Shown: one piece after another, positions 1 to 11,910 of the stretch
How positions within the stretch are numbered: the stretch's first letter is position 1
Layout: every line of letters begins with the position of its first letter
Origin: Anthoceros angustus
Lineage: Eukaryota; Plantae; Anthocerotophyta
DNA: 64,000 nucleotides
Direction: 5' to 3'
Assembly: GCA_010909165.1 (NCBI GenBank)
Contig: VJWM01000108.1
Coordinates: forward strand, 744,001-808,000
Made by a program: the position numbers and the translations under genes
The notes under the pieces: model-generated
What the model saw: the letters and a program-made list of their open reading frames with translations, nothing else
What the model was told of the DNA's origin: nothing
The model's database searches: none

Positions 1-1230
1 TATGTTGTTATCCATGTTGAGCTTCCTAACAAAGATGAGGTTCCTAGTCATTTCTGTGGACATGATACACATCTGGGAGTAAGAGTGTGATCCTCAAGGA
101 ATGGAATTTTCACTGCCTATTCCTCGAGACACAAGTGATCTATCGTCACCCGTAAACGAATCGATCTTTAGCTGGTCTATATGTGGCACGCGCTTCTATC
201 GAAACTAATGTGCGGCATGCACCTGTATCAAGGTACCACCATGTGCGGGTCTCCCTTAGGTGTTTGTTGACGATGTACATGTGGGGTTAGCAATGGATAA
301 GCAAACTCCCTAGTCCCTACCGCGTCAGGATGAAGGAAGCTTGCTTTTTCACCATGGCGCAGTGTGTCTCAAAAGTGGAGTTGCCCTCCTTAAGCAGGTA
401 CCCAGTTTGCTTCGACACTTGCTTTCCCAATGACCGAACTGCACCAGTGGCATTTTCCGCCTTCTTGGGTTTCTGTGAAGTAGCTTCACTGTGAGTGCTA
501 GCACTTGAGGTATTCTGCTTACCTCGAAGTTAGGCTTCAGCCTTTGTTTCGCTTGTGGTGTAAGAGCCCTCCGCACAAGATGCCCTCATAGTTCCTCTTG
601 TTGCTTCTTCCCGAGAAGAGCTCACTAACTCACGAAAACGTTGTTTGGGAAGGGTAGCCTGCAGCCTTAGCTAGTTTCTCGCTGCGAAGCATTGTAGGAC
701 GTCACAAAGTATGACCATGACTGGAGTGACATCATGAAATACAATGTGAGTAAATCATGCTTGAGAGATTCCCGAGAAGCGCCTCTAGCTTAGAAACCAA
801 AGGTTCTAAAGAATCCAAGATGTTTTTCAATTGTATCTCCGTCTCTCATTTTGCGCTCAACATTGCAAGTCAGCCGTCGACTTGTGGTATTTTGCTGCGT
901 CATGAGGATCTTGAAGCCCGGACCATATCTCGGTGAAGTCTTGCATCCAGAGGTCTGTCTCGGCATGTCGAGGTCAACCCACTCCGGATCGTGTACATGG
1001 CAGCTTCATCCCTAATATATTGTCCATGCATCCCGATTCTTCTTTTGAATGGAAGGAGAGTGAGCTCAGTACAATGGCAGAAACTTGTCCTCCCTTTGGC
1101 TTCCATAGCTGCTTGTTTTGTAGTGCTCCTCGATCATAACCTAGATATCATAATCTCTCCCAACTGCTCCTTTTCTCTTGAAGCCATCTCCACCAAGGTT
1201 AGTGTTTGGCTCAAACCATGTTTAGGATTT
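1..1230 (-). pseudogene. Element A gag-protease region, unit 0 (cut by window edge)
   Basis: Minus-strand translation gives a copia Gag N-terminal motif DYDI*VMRMRGxLQNKQLWKLAKG and a UBN2-like segment (..DTIEKHLGFFRTLVSKLE..LYFMMSLP in sister units). Frameshifted. Confidence 0.8.
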
Positions 1231-2378
1231 TTGTAGGTCCTTCCTAAGTTAGGATTTTTATGTCTGTTAGACTAATGCTCCCGTCGACCTAACTCTGCAG
1301 CAGGTCAATGGCTAATGGTTCAAGGGTATCTAAGATGCTATTGATGCATCAAAGATGGAAACCGCGCATTTTAAAGGGTTAGCATGTCTCATAGCCACGT
1401 GTAGGTTGACGTGCCATTTGAACTTTGTTGCAATCCTTTGTTTTCTAATCTCCCACTTGTTAAATGCGTGGGTGGAGCAAGAGGGACATGAATTTGGAGC
1501 ATCAAATGTATGCGGCTTTGTTTTGTTTTATTTGCACGCTTACATGCAACACCGAGGTTAGCAAGTAAAGCCAAAGCGGGCTTTAACAATGTAAGCAACT
1601 CAAGTCCAAATGTCCCTATCGCTCTTTATCTTGTAAGTCTACATCGAAAGACGCGTTCGGTGATGTTTTGGCGTCTATCAACATGTTGCAGGTGTGCTTC
1701 AATTATTTTGATACCGCCACGTGTGGTGCGACATGTGTGGTCGAAACCCGGATTAATTACCATGGAATGCTCGCAACACCGCACCCTTGAAGATTGTTAG
1801 GGTTTCTAGGTGGAGGGCAAACACCGGTCATTCAGGAAGAGTCGAATCAATGTGTTGAATGATCGCTTTACTTCAAGAGCAACAAAGTGCGGTGATTTTA
1901 TGTCAAGCTGTCACATTCCTCGTAATACAGGAGGTGGAGCGGTGCAATCATTTGCACACTCCTTGCCCTCTCTATGGCGATTCGCGTGGAATCGCTCGGC
2001 AGGGCGTATGCCATTGTTGCCTGGCCCAATAGATTGCCACTCATTTGGCTAGGATTTGTGTTTTAGAATTTTTCGAGAACCATTTTTGTAATTCTATATG
2101 ATTTTATATAAAGATTTGTGCCAATTGCGGTTGTTCTAGTACTAGTGTCAAATTGCTCTCACAATCGACAACGGTGCTAGAGCATTTAGAAATGCAAATT
2201 TTCTAAATAAAATCAAGAAAAGAAACTGGTTGGTTTCTTGATCATTTTCTTGTTTTCTCATTAGAAAATTGTTTTCTAAACAAGAAACAAACACAAACAC
2301 ATATTTGTGCACATCCAAATGTGCCTAATTTAATGTGCATTCTCATGAATGCAATCTATGCCCCATAGCTCGATACCA

Positions 2379-2609
2379 TAACAAAATATGTAATGGGTGC
2401 GGATCAATTAACATATTATTAATTACATTGTATATATGTATATAAGGAAAAACAAGTATATGAAAGCGAGAACTAGACTTAACTTAATAATGAAAAGGCA
2501 TGACTCTTTTGCTAAAGGACGAACCCTAATGAAAAGGGTAAGTAAGCTAAATTAAATCTAAGTGCACACTCTATATATGTAGATATAACTAAACCAAAAT
2601 AACTCAACA
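2379..2609 (-). mobile_element. Element A LTR (shared copy 1)
   Basis: Minus strand starts TGTTGAG. It is preceded by purine-rich GATAGTAG (PPT-like) and followed by a PBS-like TGGTATCGAGC at 2368-2378. Confidence 0.8.
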
Positions 2610-2619
2610 CTACTATCAT

Positions 2620-3265
2620 TATGGTGGCCCGACAATGGCTGGCCAAAATCAAGAATGGCGCCCAACGATAATGGTACAATGGCCGCCTAGGTGGCTGGGC
2701 CCTACAATGGTCAGCCCATACAACTGGCCCTGATGCTGGCCCACAATGGTGGCCATACAATGGCTGGCTGATACTATAGCTATACAATGGTCTGGCCATA
2801 CTTGTCATCAATGGTGCCATACAATGGTACCATACAATGGCTGGCTATGATAATTTGACCATGCAATGGCTACCTACAATGAAATTAGCCATACCCAATG
2901 GTGCCCGACAATGGCTGGCCTTTACAATGGTCAGACACAATGGGTGGCTCGACAATGGTCGCCGACAATGGTCAGGCTCGACAATGTGGCCATACAATGG
3001 CTAACGACAATGGTCGACCATAGCAATGGCCGCCCTTCAATGGCTTGCCCGACAATGGCTGGCTCGACAATGGCGCCGCCTATACAATGGATGGTCAAAA
3101 ATCAAGAATGCCTAACGCCCGTAATGGCCGGCGAGCTGGTTGGCCCTGAGCTGGTCAACTCTGGCGACAATGGTCGGAGCATAAAATGGGTATGCAAAAT
3201 CGTGAATGGCGCCTCAACGCCCGACAATGGCCGGCCCGACAATGGTGGCTATGGTACATCCATAT
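2620..3265. repeat. CAATGG minisatellite (13-15-bp monomers, e.g. CAATGGCTGGCCATA), unit 1
   Basis: Dozens of CAATGG-anchored monomers are directly visible. Confidence 0.95.
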
Positions 3266-3569
3266 AATAGCCCGCAAAAGGCGGCATGTGAAACATGTAC
3301 CATCGGGAGTCGCCTTGTGGGTGTAGAGGTGCTTTGCTCATAATAAGAACACTTAAGAAAATGCCAAAAGCGTGGCGTACTAGTATTAGGCGCCCCGCTC
3401 GCGACTTTCCCTTTCTGGGCGGTACGTGTGGGATTAATGGAGTCGTGTTGCGAGTGGCACGCCTCGCGTTGAATGGGCGTGTTCATCATCCCCCCACCAA
3501 ATTTAAAATACCCTCCCCTTCCTCCCGCCTCCACCTAGCCCCTTGCTAGTCCACCAAATTTATAACTTT

Positions 3570-4136
3570 GCTTACATTTTACAATGTTGCTTATACTGCC
3601 TAGCATAATCTACAACATGGGAGCCACATCATCGATCCGCATAAAATGAACTCTAATCATATTTTTGAAATCAATACCAATAATAAAGACTTTTGAAGGA
3701 AATAAAGATCAAATATCAAATTTTGAGAAAGAGATTTTACAATGTAATCTACAACAAGGAGGCACGTCATCAATCCACCATTATAAATGGTCTTCAATAA
3801 TATTTTTGTGATTAATAACAATAATAAAAGTTTAAAAAATGAAGAACACATTTTAGAAAAATATTTTACAACGTAATCTACAACAAAGGGCACATCATCA
3901 ATCGCTGATATATATTACCTCAAATCATATTTTTGATTAATAATAAAAGAGTTTTAATGGAATAAAGAATACATTTTTGAAAAATATTTTACAATGTATC
4001 TATAACAAGGAAGCCACATCATCAATTGCTATTGTAAATGGCTTCCAATCATATTGATTAATGATGATAAAATATTTTTTGAAGAAATAAAGATCAAAAT
4101 TTGAGAAAAAGGCTTTACAACGTAATCTACAACAAG
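3570..4136. repeat. AT-rich ~125-bp minisatellite (5 monomers), unit 1
   Basis: Core TTTTACAA(C/T)GTAATCTACAACAAGG..CACATCATCAAT at ~3576, 3736, 3864, 3987 and 4114. Confidence 0.9.
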
Positions 4137-4204
4137 CCCCAACGCTTGGCAAATGGCCCAACGGCTTGGCCCGGCGATGGTGGCACGATGCGGCCCGGAT
4201 AGAT

Positions 4205-6545
4205 GAGAGGTCAGTAAGTCATTAGCAAAAAATTGCTCATCCGCCTCCTCATCATTTTGCAGTTGTTCTTCAGAGGGCAATCTCCTCGTGCGATCGTGAA
4301 AAGCGCTGTGGAAGCAGAGGTCGAAATCCTCCGTAGTGGGACAGCTCCCACTTGCGGCCAAGTCCGCTTTCATCAAAGGTGACAACTGCGTATGACCACC
4401 TTGTTACGAGTGCGTCATAAACATGGCTTTATACCAGTGTATCCTATCATAAGGAATTTCTTGGCCTTAGCCGACTAACTTGGTTCTCTTGGCCTTAGGA
4501 ATGAAAGCGTAAGCTATGCGCAAGGTTCAAGATGAAGGATATTTGGTTTTCTACCAAAGCTTCATAGCGGGTCCGTCCTAAGTGGTGGGCAATCATTGCG
4601 TAAATAACAATGTCATGAGGGCCTCACCTTGATGCCAGGAGTGGGAGGCTTGGTGGAACAAGGAAGAAACCATCTCCTCAGTTAAATTCAAGCGCTCGGC
4701 TACACCATTTTGTTGTGGTGTGTATGTATCGTAAGTTGTCGCCCTATCCCCTCATAACAATAGGCTTGAAATTCGTTGATGTGAATTCACCACCATTGTC
4801 GAGCGGAGGGTTTTCAAACCGATCCATCTCTATATACTTCATGTAGTCTTTAGTGGAGAAGTATTCACTTTTGGCTTTAATATAAGCCATGACAAATCTG
4901 GTCTTGTAAAAGAATGTTAGGAAATATCCGCCACCACCAATTGAGGGTTGTAAGTATTTTATATGTCGATTAATGGACGAGCTCAAGAACGTATGAAGCC
5001 CTCGTGAGGAGCTTGGTTCTTGAAGGCGCTTTGATGACGCTTTGACGTTACAGGCTCAGTGAAAGTAAGGGTGGCAAACCGCCAATTTTTCCATCACCAC
5101 ATGTCACTAGTCGCTGGTTTCGTAACTTGGCAAGCGTGAGGGTGACCTAAAGTGCATGCCATAACCTAGCTTTTCTCTCACGCTGCGGCGCTTTGCGATT
5201 GTCTCAAGACTTAGAAGCTAAGTGTGTTCTAGCATCAACTGCAGGTGTGCAAAGCCGGAATAGATCGTGGTCTCGGAACCATAAGCTATTACTTTTCGAT
5301 GATCAAATGCATCGATGATCCTACATTCGTGGGAGTGAGCAGGATATGATCGTTGTTATCCATGTTGAGCTTCCTAATGTGAGATGAGGTTCCTAGTCAT
5401 TTCAGGACATGATACACATCTGAGTAAGAGTGTGATCCGAAAGGCCCCGGAATTTTCAGTGCCTATTCACAGAGACACAAGTGATCTATAAATCACCCAG
5501 TGTGGCGATCTTTAGGTCGGTCTATATGTGACGAATCGTTTCTATCGAAACTAATGTCTTGCACATCAAGGCACCACTCATATCTTGGTCTCCTTGTGTG
5601 TTTGTTGACAACATGTGGGGTTAGCAGAGATGAGCAAACTCCTAGTCCCTACCGTCGTGGATGAAGGGAAGCTTGCTTTTCACCATGGCGTGTCTCAAAA
5701 GTGGGGTTGCCCTCCTTGCGAGGTACCGGTGCTTCTTTGACACTTGCTTTCCCAATGACACTCGCACCAGGGCATTTTCCAGTCTTCTTGGGTTTCTTCA
5801 GAAGTAGCTCAGTGACACTAGCACTTGAGGTATTCTGCTTACCTCGGGTTAGGCTTGCTGCATTTGTTTTACATTTGTGGTGTAAGCACTGCGCTTGCCC
5901 GGCATGCAGTAGTTCCTCTTGTTGCTTCTTCCCGAGAAGAGCTCTCACTAACTCTGGCGTTGTTTGGGAAGGGTAAAGCCGCCTTAGCTAGTTTCCGCCC
6001 CTGCCGGCGTTGTAGGACGTCACAAAGTGTGACCCACGACTGAGTGACATCATGAAATACAATGTGAGTAAATCATGCTTGAGAGATTCTGAAGCGCCTC
6101 TAGCTTAGAAACCGAGTTCTAAAGAATCCAAGATGTTTTTCAATTGTATCTCCGTCTCTCATTTTGCGACAACATTCGAGTCTTCTTGGTCGACTTTATG
6201 GTATTTGTGCTGCGTGATAGATCTTGAAGCCCTGGACCATATCTCGGTGAAGTCTTGCATCCAGGTCCGCTCTCGGCATGTCGAGAGAGTCAACCCACTC
6301 CGGTCGTACATGGCGGCTTCATCCCTAATATTGTCCATGCATCCCGATTCTTCTTTTCAAGAATAGAAGGGTGGATCGGCAGTACAATGGCAGGAAACTT
6401 GTCCTCCCCTTTGGCCAGCTCCATAGGCTGCTTGTTTTGTAGTGTTCCTCGCATCCGCATAACCTAGATATCATAATCGCTCCCCAAATCATCCTTTTCC
6501 TTGAAGCCATCTCCACCAAGGTTGGTTTGGCTTGACCATGTTTAG
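4205..6545 (-). pseudogene. Element A gag-PR-GAG_pre-integrase-integrase, no RT/RNaseH, unit 1
   Basis: rve core (PSIGGGGYFLTF..KTRFVMAY..KSEYF..DNGGEFTS), LWHARLGH-like pre-integrase motif, protease WCLD.. motif (clearest at ~10920-10950), SH3 tail (GCIAYAFIPKAKRTKL..AKKFLMIGY..VTFDE). The frame runs out into repeats about 60 codons later. Confidence 0.85.
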
Positions 6546-7692
6546 GATTTTGTAGGTCCTTCCTATCATGTGGATTTTTATGTCATAGACTAATGCTCTG
6601 TCGACCTTTCTGTAGTCAACAGGGCTAATGGTTCAAGGGTATCTAAGATGCTATTGATGCATCAAAGATGGGGTCAAAGCTGCGGCCGATTTACAAAGGG
6701 TTAGCATGTCCATAGCCACAGTGGGTTGACAATGCATTTGAACTTTGCTTGCAATCCTTTGTTTTCTAATCTCCCACTTGTTAAATGCGTAGGTGGAGCA
6801 AGAGGGACATGAATTTGGAGCATCAAATGTATGCAGCTTATTTGTTTTATTTGCACGCTTACATACACACCCCGGAATTTGGGTTAGTAAAGCGGGCTTT
6901 TAATAATGCAACTCAAGTCCAAATGTCCTATCTCTTTCGGATCTTGTAAGTCTACACCGATGCACGCTTCGATGTTTTGAAAACGCCTATCAACATGTTG
7001 CCGGTGTGCTTCAATTCGCATTTAAGCGTGATACACTGTGTGTGGTGCGACATGTGGTCAGAAACCCCAGGATTACTGCTACTATGGAATGCCTGCAATA
7101 ACACGCACTGAAGATTGTTAGGGTTTCTAGGTGGAGGCAAACAGATGGCTGTCGGGGAAGAGAGTCTCAATCAATGTGTTGAATGACTGCCTTACTTCAA
7201 GAGCAAGTGCAGCCGATTTTGCGTTAACCCATTCCTTGGTGGGTGGGAACAATCATTTGCTCGCACTCCTTGCCCTCTGCTGGCGATTCTCATTGCATGG
7301 AATGCGCTCAAGGAGGGCGTGCTGCCATTGTTGCCCGTCCAATAGATTGGCCACCATTTGGCTAGGATTTTGTGTTTTAGAATTTTCAGAACCATTTTTG
7401 TAATTCTATATGATTTTATATAAAGATTTGTGCCATTACTGGCGATTGTTCTAGTGTACCTAGTGTCAAATTGCTCTACAGCAATCGACAACAGTGCACT
7501 AGGAACTCTAGAAATGCAAATTTTCTAAATAAAATCAAGAAAAGAAACTATGGTTTCTTGATCATTTTCTTGTTTTCTCATTAGAAAATTATTTTCTAAC
7601 AAAACAAGCACAAACACATATTTGTGCACATCCAAATGTATTGTTTAATAATGTTCTCATGAATGCAATCTATACTGCATAGCTCGATACCA

Positions 7693-7922
7693 TAACAAAA
7701 TATGTAATGGTCGGATCAATTAACATATTATTAATTACATTGTATATATGTGTATATAAGGAAAAACAAGTATATGAAAGCGAGAACTAGACTTAACTTA
7801 ATAATGAAAAGGCATGACTCTTTGCTAAAGGACGTAACCCTAATGAAAGGGTAAGTAAGCTAAATTAAATCTAAGTGCACACTCTATATATGTAGATATA
7901 ACTAAACCGAAATAACTCAACA
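7693..7922 (-). mobile_element. Element A LTR (shared copy 2)
   Basis: Same sequence as copy 1. PBS remnant at 7682-7692; PPT-like CTACTATCTCC (plus strand) immediately to the right. Confidence 0.8.
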
Positions 7923-7934
7923 CTACTATCTCCA

Positions 7935-8612
7935 TTATGGCTGGCCCGACAATGGCTGGCCAAAATCAAGAATAACGCCTGGAGCCTAATGGCTGGCCCC
8001 ATAATGGCCCACAATGGCTGGCCATACAATGGCTGGCCACAATATACAGACAATGGTGCCATACAATGGCTGGCCACAATGGTCCATACAATGGCTGGCC
8101 ATACAATGGCCATACAATGGGCAGCCATACAATGGCCGGCATACAATGGTCATACAATGGTACAACCATACAATGGCTGGCCATACAATGGTGACACAAT
8201 TGATGGCTGGCCCACAATGGCTTCATACAATACAATGGCCCCACAATGGCTTTCCCCATACAATGGCTGGCCGACAATGGCCGGGTGGCGACAATGGCCT
8301 TTGACAATGGTCAAGAATGGCTGACGACAATGGGCCATACAATGGACAATATACAATGGCTACAATGGCCTTCAAATGGCTTGCCCGACAATGGCTGGCC
8401 CGACAATGGCTGGCTACAATGGATGGCCAAAATCCAAGAATGGCGCCTACGCCCAAGAATGGCAGCCCGGCGATGGTTGGCCCGATGATGGTGACACGAT
8501 GGCTGGGCGACAATGGCCGGGCATAAATGGCTGGCCAAAATCCGGAATGGCGCCTAACGCCCGACAATGGTTGGCCGGGCAATGGTAGCCATACAATGGC
8601 AACCATATAATG
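7935..8612. repeat. CAATGG minisatellite, unit 2
   Basis: Direct inspection. Confidence 0.95.
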
Positions 8613-8929
8613 GCCGCAAAAGGCGGCATGTACAACATGTACCATCGGGAGTGCGGCTTGTGGGTGTAGAGGTGGCACACCGCTCATAATAAGAATACAG
8701 AAAATGCCAAAGAGCGTGACGATTAGTATTAGAGCGCCTGCTCATGACTTTTCCTTTCTAGGCCGGTGTGTAAGGGGTCATGGATTAATGGAGTGCGTGT
8801 TGCCGAGTGGCACTCCCTGACATTTGAATGGACGTGTTCATCATCCCCCACCAAATTGAAAATACCCTCCCCTTCCTCCCTGCCTCCCACCTAGCCCCTT
8901 GCTAGTCCACCAAATTTATAACTTTGCTT

Positions 8930-9500
8930 ACATTTTACAATGTTGCTTATACTTCTAGCACAATCTACAACATGGGAGCCACATCATCGATCCCCTGTTA
9001 TAAATGAACTCTAATCATATTTTTGAAATCAATACCAATAATAAAGACTTTTGAAGAAATAAAGATCAAATATCAAATTTTGAGAAAGAGATTTTACAAT
9101 GTAATCTAAACAAGGGAGGCACGTCATCAATCCACCGCTGCAAATGGTCTTCAATAATATTTTTTGTGATTAATAACAATAATAAAGAGTTTAAAAAAAT
9201 GAAGAACACATTTTGAGAAAAATATTTTACAACGTAATCTACAACAAGGGAGCCACATCATCAATCGGATATATATTACCTCAAATCATATTTTTGATTA
9301 ATAATAAAGAGTTTTAAGTAATAAAGAATACATTTTGAGAAAAATATTTTACAATGTAATCTATAACAAGGAAGCCACATCATCAATTGCTATTGTAAAT
9401 GGCTTCCAATCATATTTTTGATTAATGATGATAAAAATATTTTTGAAGAAATAAAGATCAAAATTTGAGAAAAAGGCTTTACAACGTAATCTACAACAAG
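8930..9500. repeat. AT-rich ~125-bp minisatellite, unit 2
   Basis: Same monomer core as unit 1. Confidence 0.9.
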
Positions 9501-9544
9501 GGCGCCCAATGCCCGACAATGGCTGACCCGACGATGGCTGGCCC

Positions 9545-11910
9545 GACAGGAGGAGGTTGCTCAGCGTAAGTCATTAGCAAAATTGCTTCATCCGCCTCCT
9601 CATCATTTCTTTGTTGTTCTTCTTCCCAGAGCAATCTCCTCATCAAGTCGTGAAAGCGTGGCGTCGGGAAGAGCAGGAGGTCGAAATCCTCCGTAGTGGG
9701 AACAGCCCTCCCACTTGCGGCCAAGTCGGCTTTCATCAAAGGTGACATGCTGTAGACCACCTTGTTCGAGTATCATAAAAATGTAAGCTTTTATACCTTA
9801 GGTGTATCCTATCATAAGGAATTTCTTGGCCTTAGCAGCTAACTTGGTTCTCTTGGCCTTAGGAATGAAAGCGTAAGCTATGCAACCAAGGTTCAAGATG
9901 AAGGATAGCTGGTTTTCTACCAAAGAAAGCTTCATAACAGGTCTCTAAGATCGCAAGGCAATCATAAATAACAGCTTCATGAGGGCCTCAAGATGGGAGT
10001 GGCAGTGAGGCTTGGTGAACAAGGAAGAAACCATCTCCTCGCAGTTAAATTCAAGCGCTCGGCACACCATTTTGTTGTGGTGTGTACTCATTGTAAGTTG
10101 TCGTCCTATCCCCTCATCCGCACAATAGGCTTGAAATTGCTTGATGTGAATTCACCACCATTGTCGAACGGAGGGTTTTCAAATTTTCCACCCATCTCTA
10201 TATACTTCATGTAGTCTTTAAACAGGAGAAGTATTCACTTTGGCTTTCGAATATAAGCCATGACAAATACCGGGTCTTGTCTGCATGAATGTTAGGAAAT
10301 ATCCGCCACCACCAATTGAGGTGAAAGTGGCCCACATATGTCGGTGTGACGAGCTCAAGAACGATGAAGCCCCGTGAGGAGCTTGGTTCTTGAAGGTCTT
10401 GATGACGCTTTGGACAAGACAGGCTTAAAGTGGTAAGGGTGGCAAACCGCCAATTTTCCATCACCACATGTCACTAGCCGCTAGTTTCTAATTGGCTTGC
10501 TGTGAGGGTGACCTAAACGTGCATGCCATAACCTAGCTTTTTCTATGCTTGCCGCTTTGCAGTTGTCTCAAGACTTAGAAGCTAGTGTGTTCTAGCATCA
10601 CTGCGGTGTGTGTGCAACGAATAGATCATGGTATGCGGAACCCAAGCTATTACTTTCTGATCAAATGCATCGATGATCCTACATTCGTGAGTGAACATAT
10701 GATATGATCATTGTTATCCATGTTGAGCTTCCTATGAGAGATGAGGTTCCTAGTCATTTCGTGGACATGATACACATCCGTGAGTAAGAGTGTGATCCTC
10801 AAGGAACCGGAATTTTCACCGTGCCTATTCCGAGACACAAGTGATCTATCGCCACCTGTAAACGAACTGATCTTTAGCCGGTCTATATGTGACGCGCGTT
10901 TCTATCGAAACTAATGTGCGCTTGTTGCACAGATCAAGGCACCACTCATGTCGTCTCCCTTGTGTGTGTTGGATGGCCGGACATGTGGGGTTAGCAGCAG
11001 GATGAGCAAACTCCTAGTCCCTACCGCTGGGGATGAAGGAAGCTTGCTTTTTCACCATGGCGTGTGTCTCAAAAGTGGGGTTGCCTCTCCTTGCGAGGTA
11101 CCTTGCTTCTTCGACACTTGCTTTCCCAATGACCGAATCGCACCAGTGGCATTTTCCGTCTTCTTGGGTTTCTTCCAAGTAGCTCAGTGACTGCTAGCAC
11201 TTGAGGTATTCATTTACCTCAAGTTAGGCTTGCTGCCTTTGTTTTCTTTGTGGTGTAAAGAGCCAACCCGGCATGCCAGTAGTTCCTCTTGTTGCTTCTT
11301 CCCGGAGAAGAGCTCTCACTAACTCAAAACGTTGTTTGGGAAGGGTAAAGCCTCGGCCTTAGCTAGTTTCCGCCCCAGGCTGCGGCGTTGTAGGACGCCA
11401 CAAAGTGTGACCATCGACTGGGGGTGACATCATGAAATACAATGTGAGTAAATCATGCTTGAGAGATTCACGAAGCGCCTCTAGCTTAGAAACCAAGGTT
11501 CTAAAGAATCCAAGATGTTTTTCAATTGTATCTCCGCTCTCATTTTGCTCAACATTCTGCGAAGTCGCGTCACCCTATTTATTTGTGCGTATAGATCTTG
11601 AAGCCTGGACCATATCATTTGAAGTCTTGCATCCAGAGGTCCGTCTCGGCATGTCGAGGTCAACCCACTCCGTGTACATGGCGGCTTCATCCCTAATATA
11701 TTGTCCATGCATCCCGATTCTTCTTTTCGCATAATAGAAGGAGTGGAGTCGGCAGTACAATGTGAAACTTGTCCTCCTTTGGCCAGCTTCCATAGCTGCT
11801 TGTTTTGTAGTGTTCCTCGCATCCATAACCTAGATATCATAATCAGCTCCCCAAATCATCCTTTTCCTTGAAGCCATCTCCACCAAGGTTAGTGTTTGGC
11901 TCACCATGTT
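9545..11910 (-). pseudogene. Element A gag-PR-integrase, unit 2
   Basis: Homologous to unit 1. ORF-track fragments 10207-10467 and 11481-11840 carry the integrase and gag motifs. Confidence 0.85.

Noticed and set aside
2379-2609. 5S rRNA-derived (Cassandra-like) domain in the A LTR, or tRNA genes at the PBS sites
   Set aside because: No 5S A/C-box similarity beyond a few bases. The PBS matches are 11-12-nt complements of the tRNA 3' end, not tRNA genes.
3355-3390. Helitron 3' end (GCCA..TGGC hairpin followed by CTAG-T)
   Set aside because: The stem is only 4-5 bp and no matching 5' TC end or Rep/helicase is present.
2620-4136. CRISPR-like reading of the CAATGG or 125-bp repeats
   Set aside because: There are no unique spacers of constant length and no cas genes, and the context is eukaryotic retroelement DNA.
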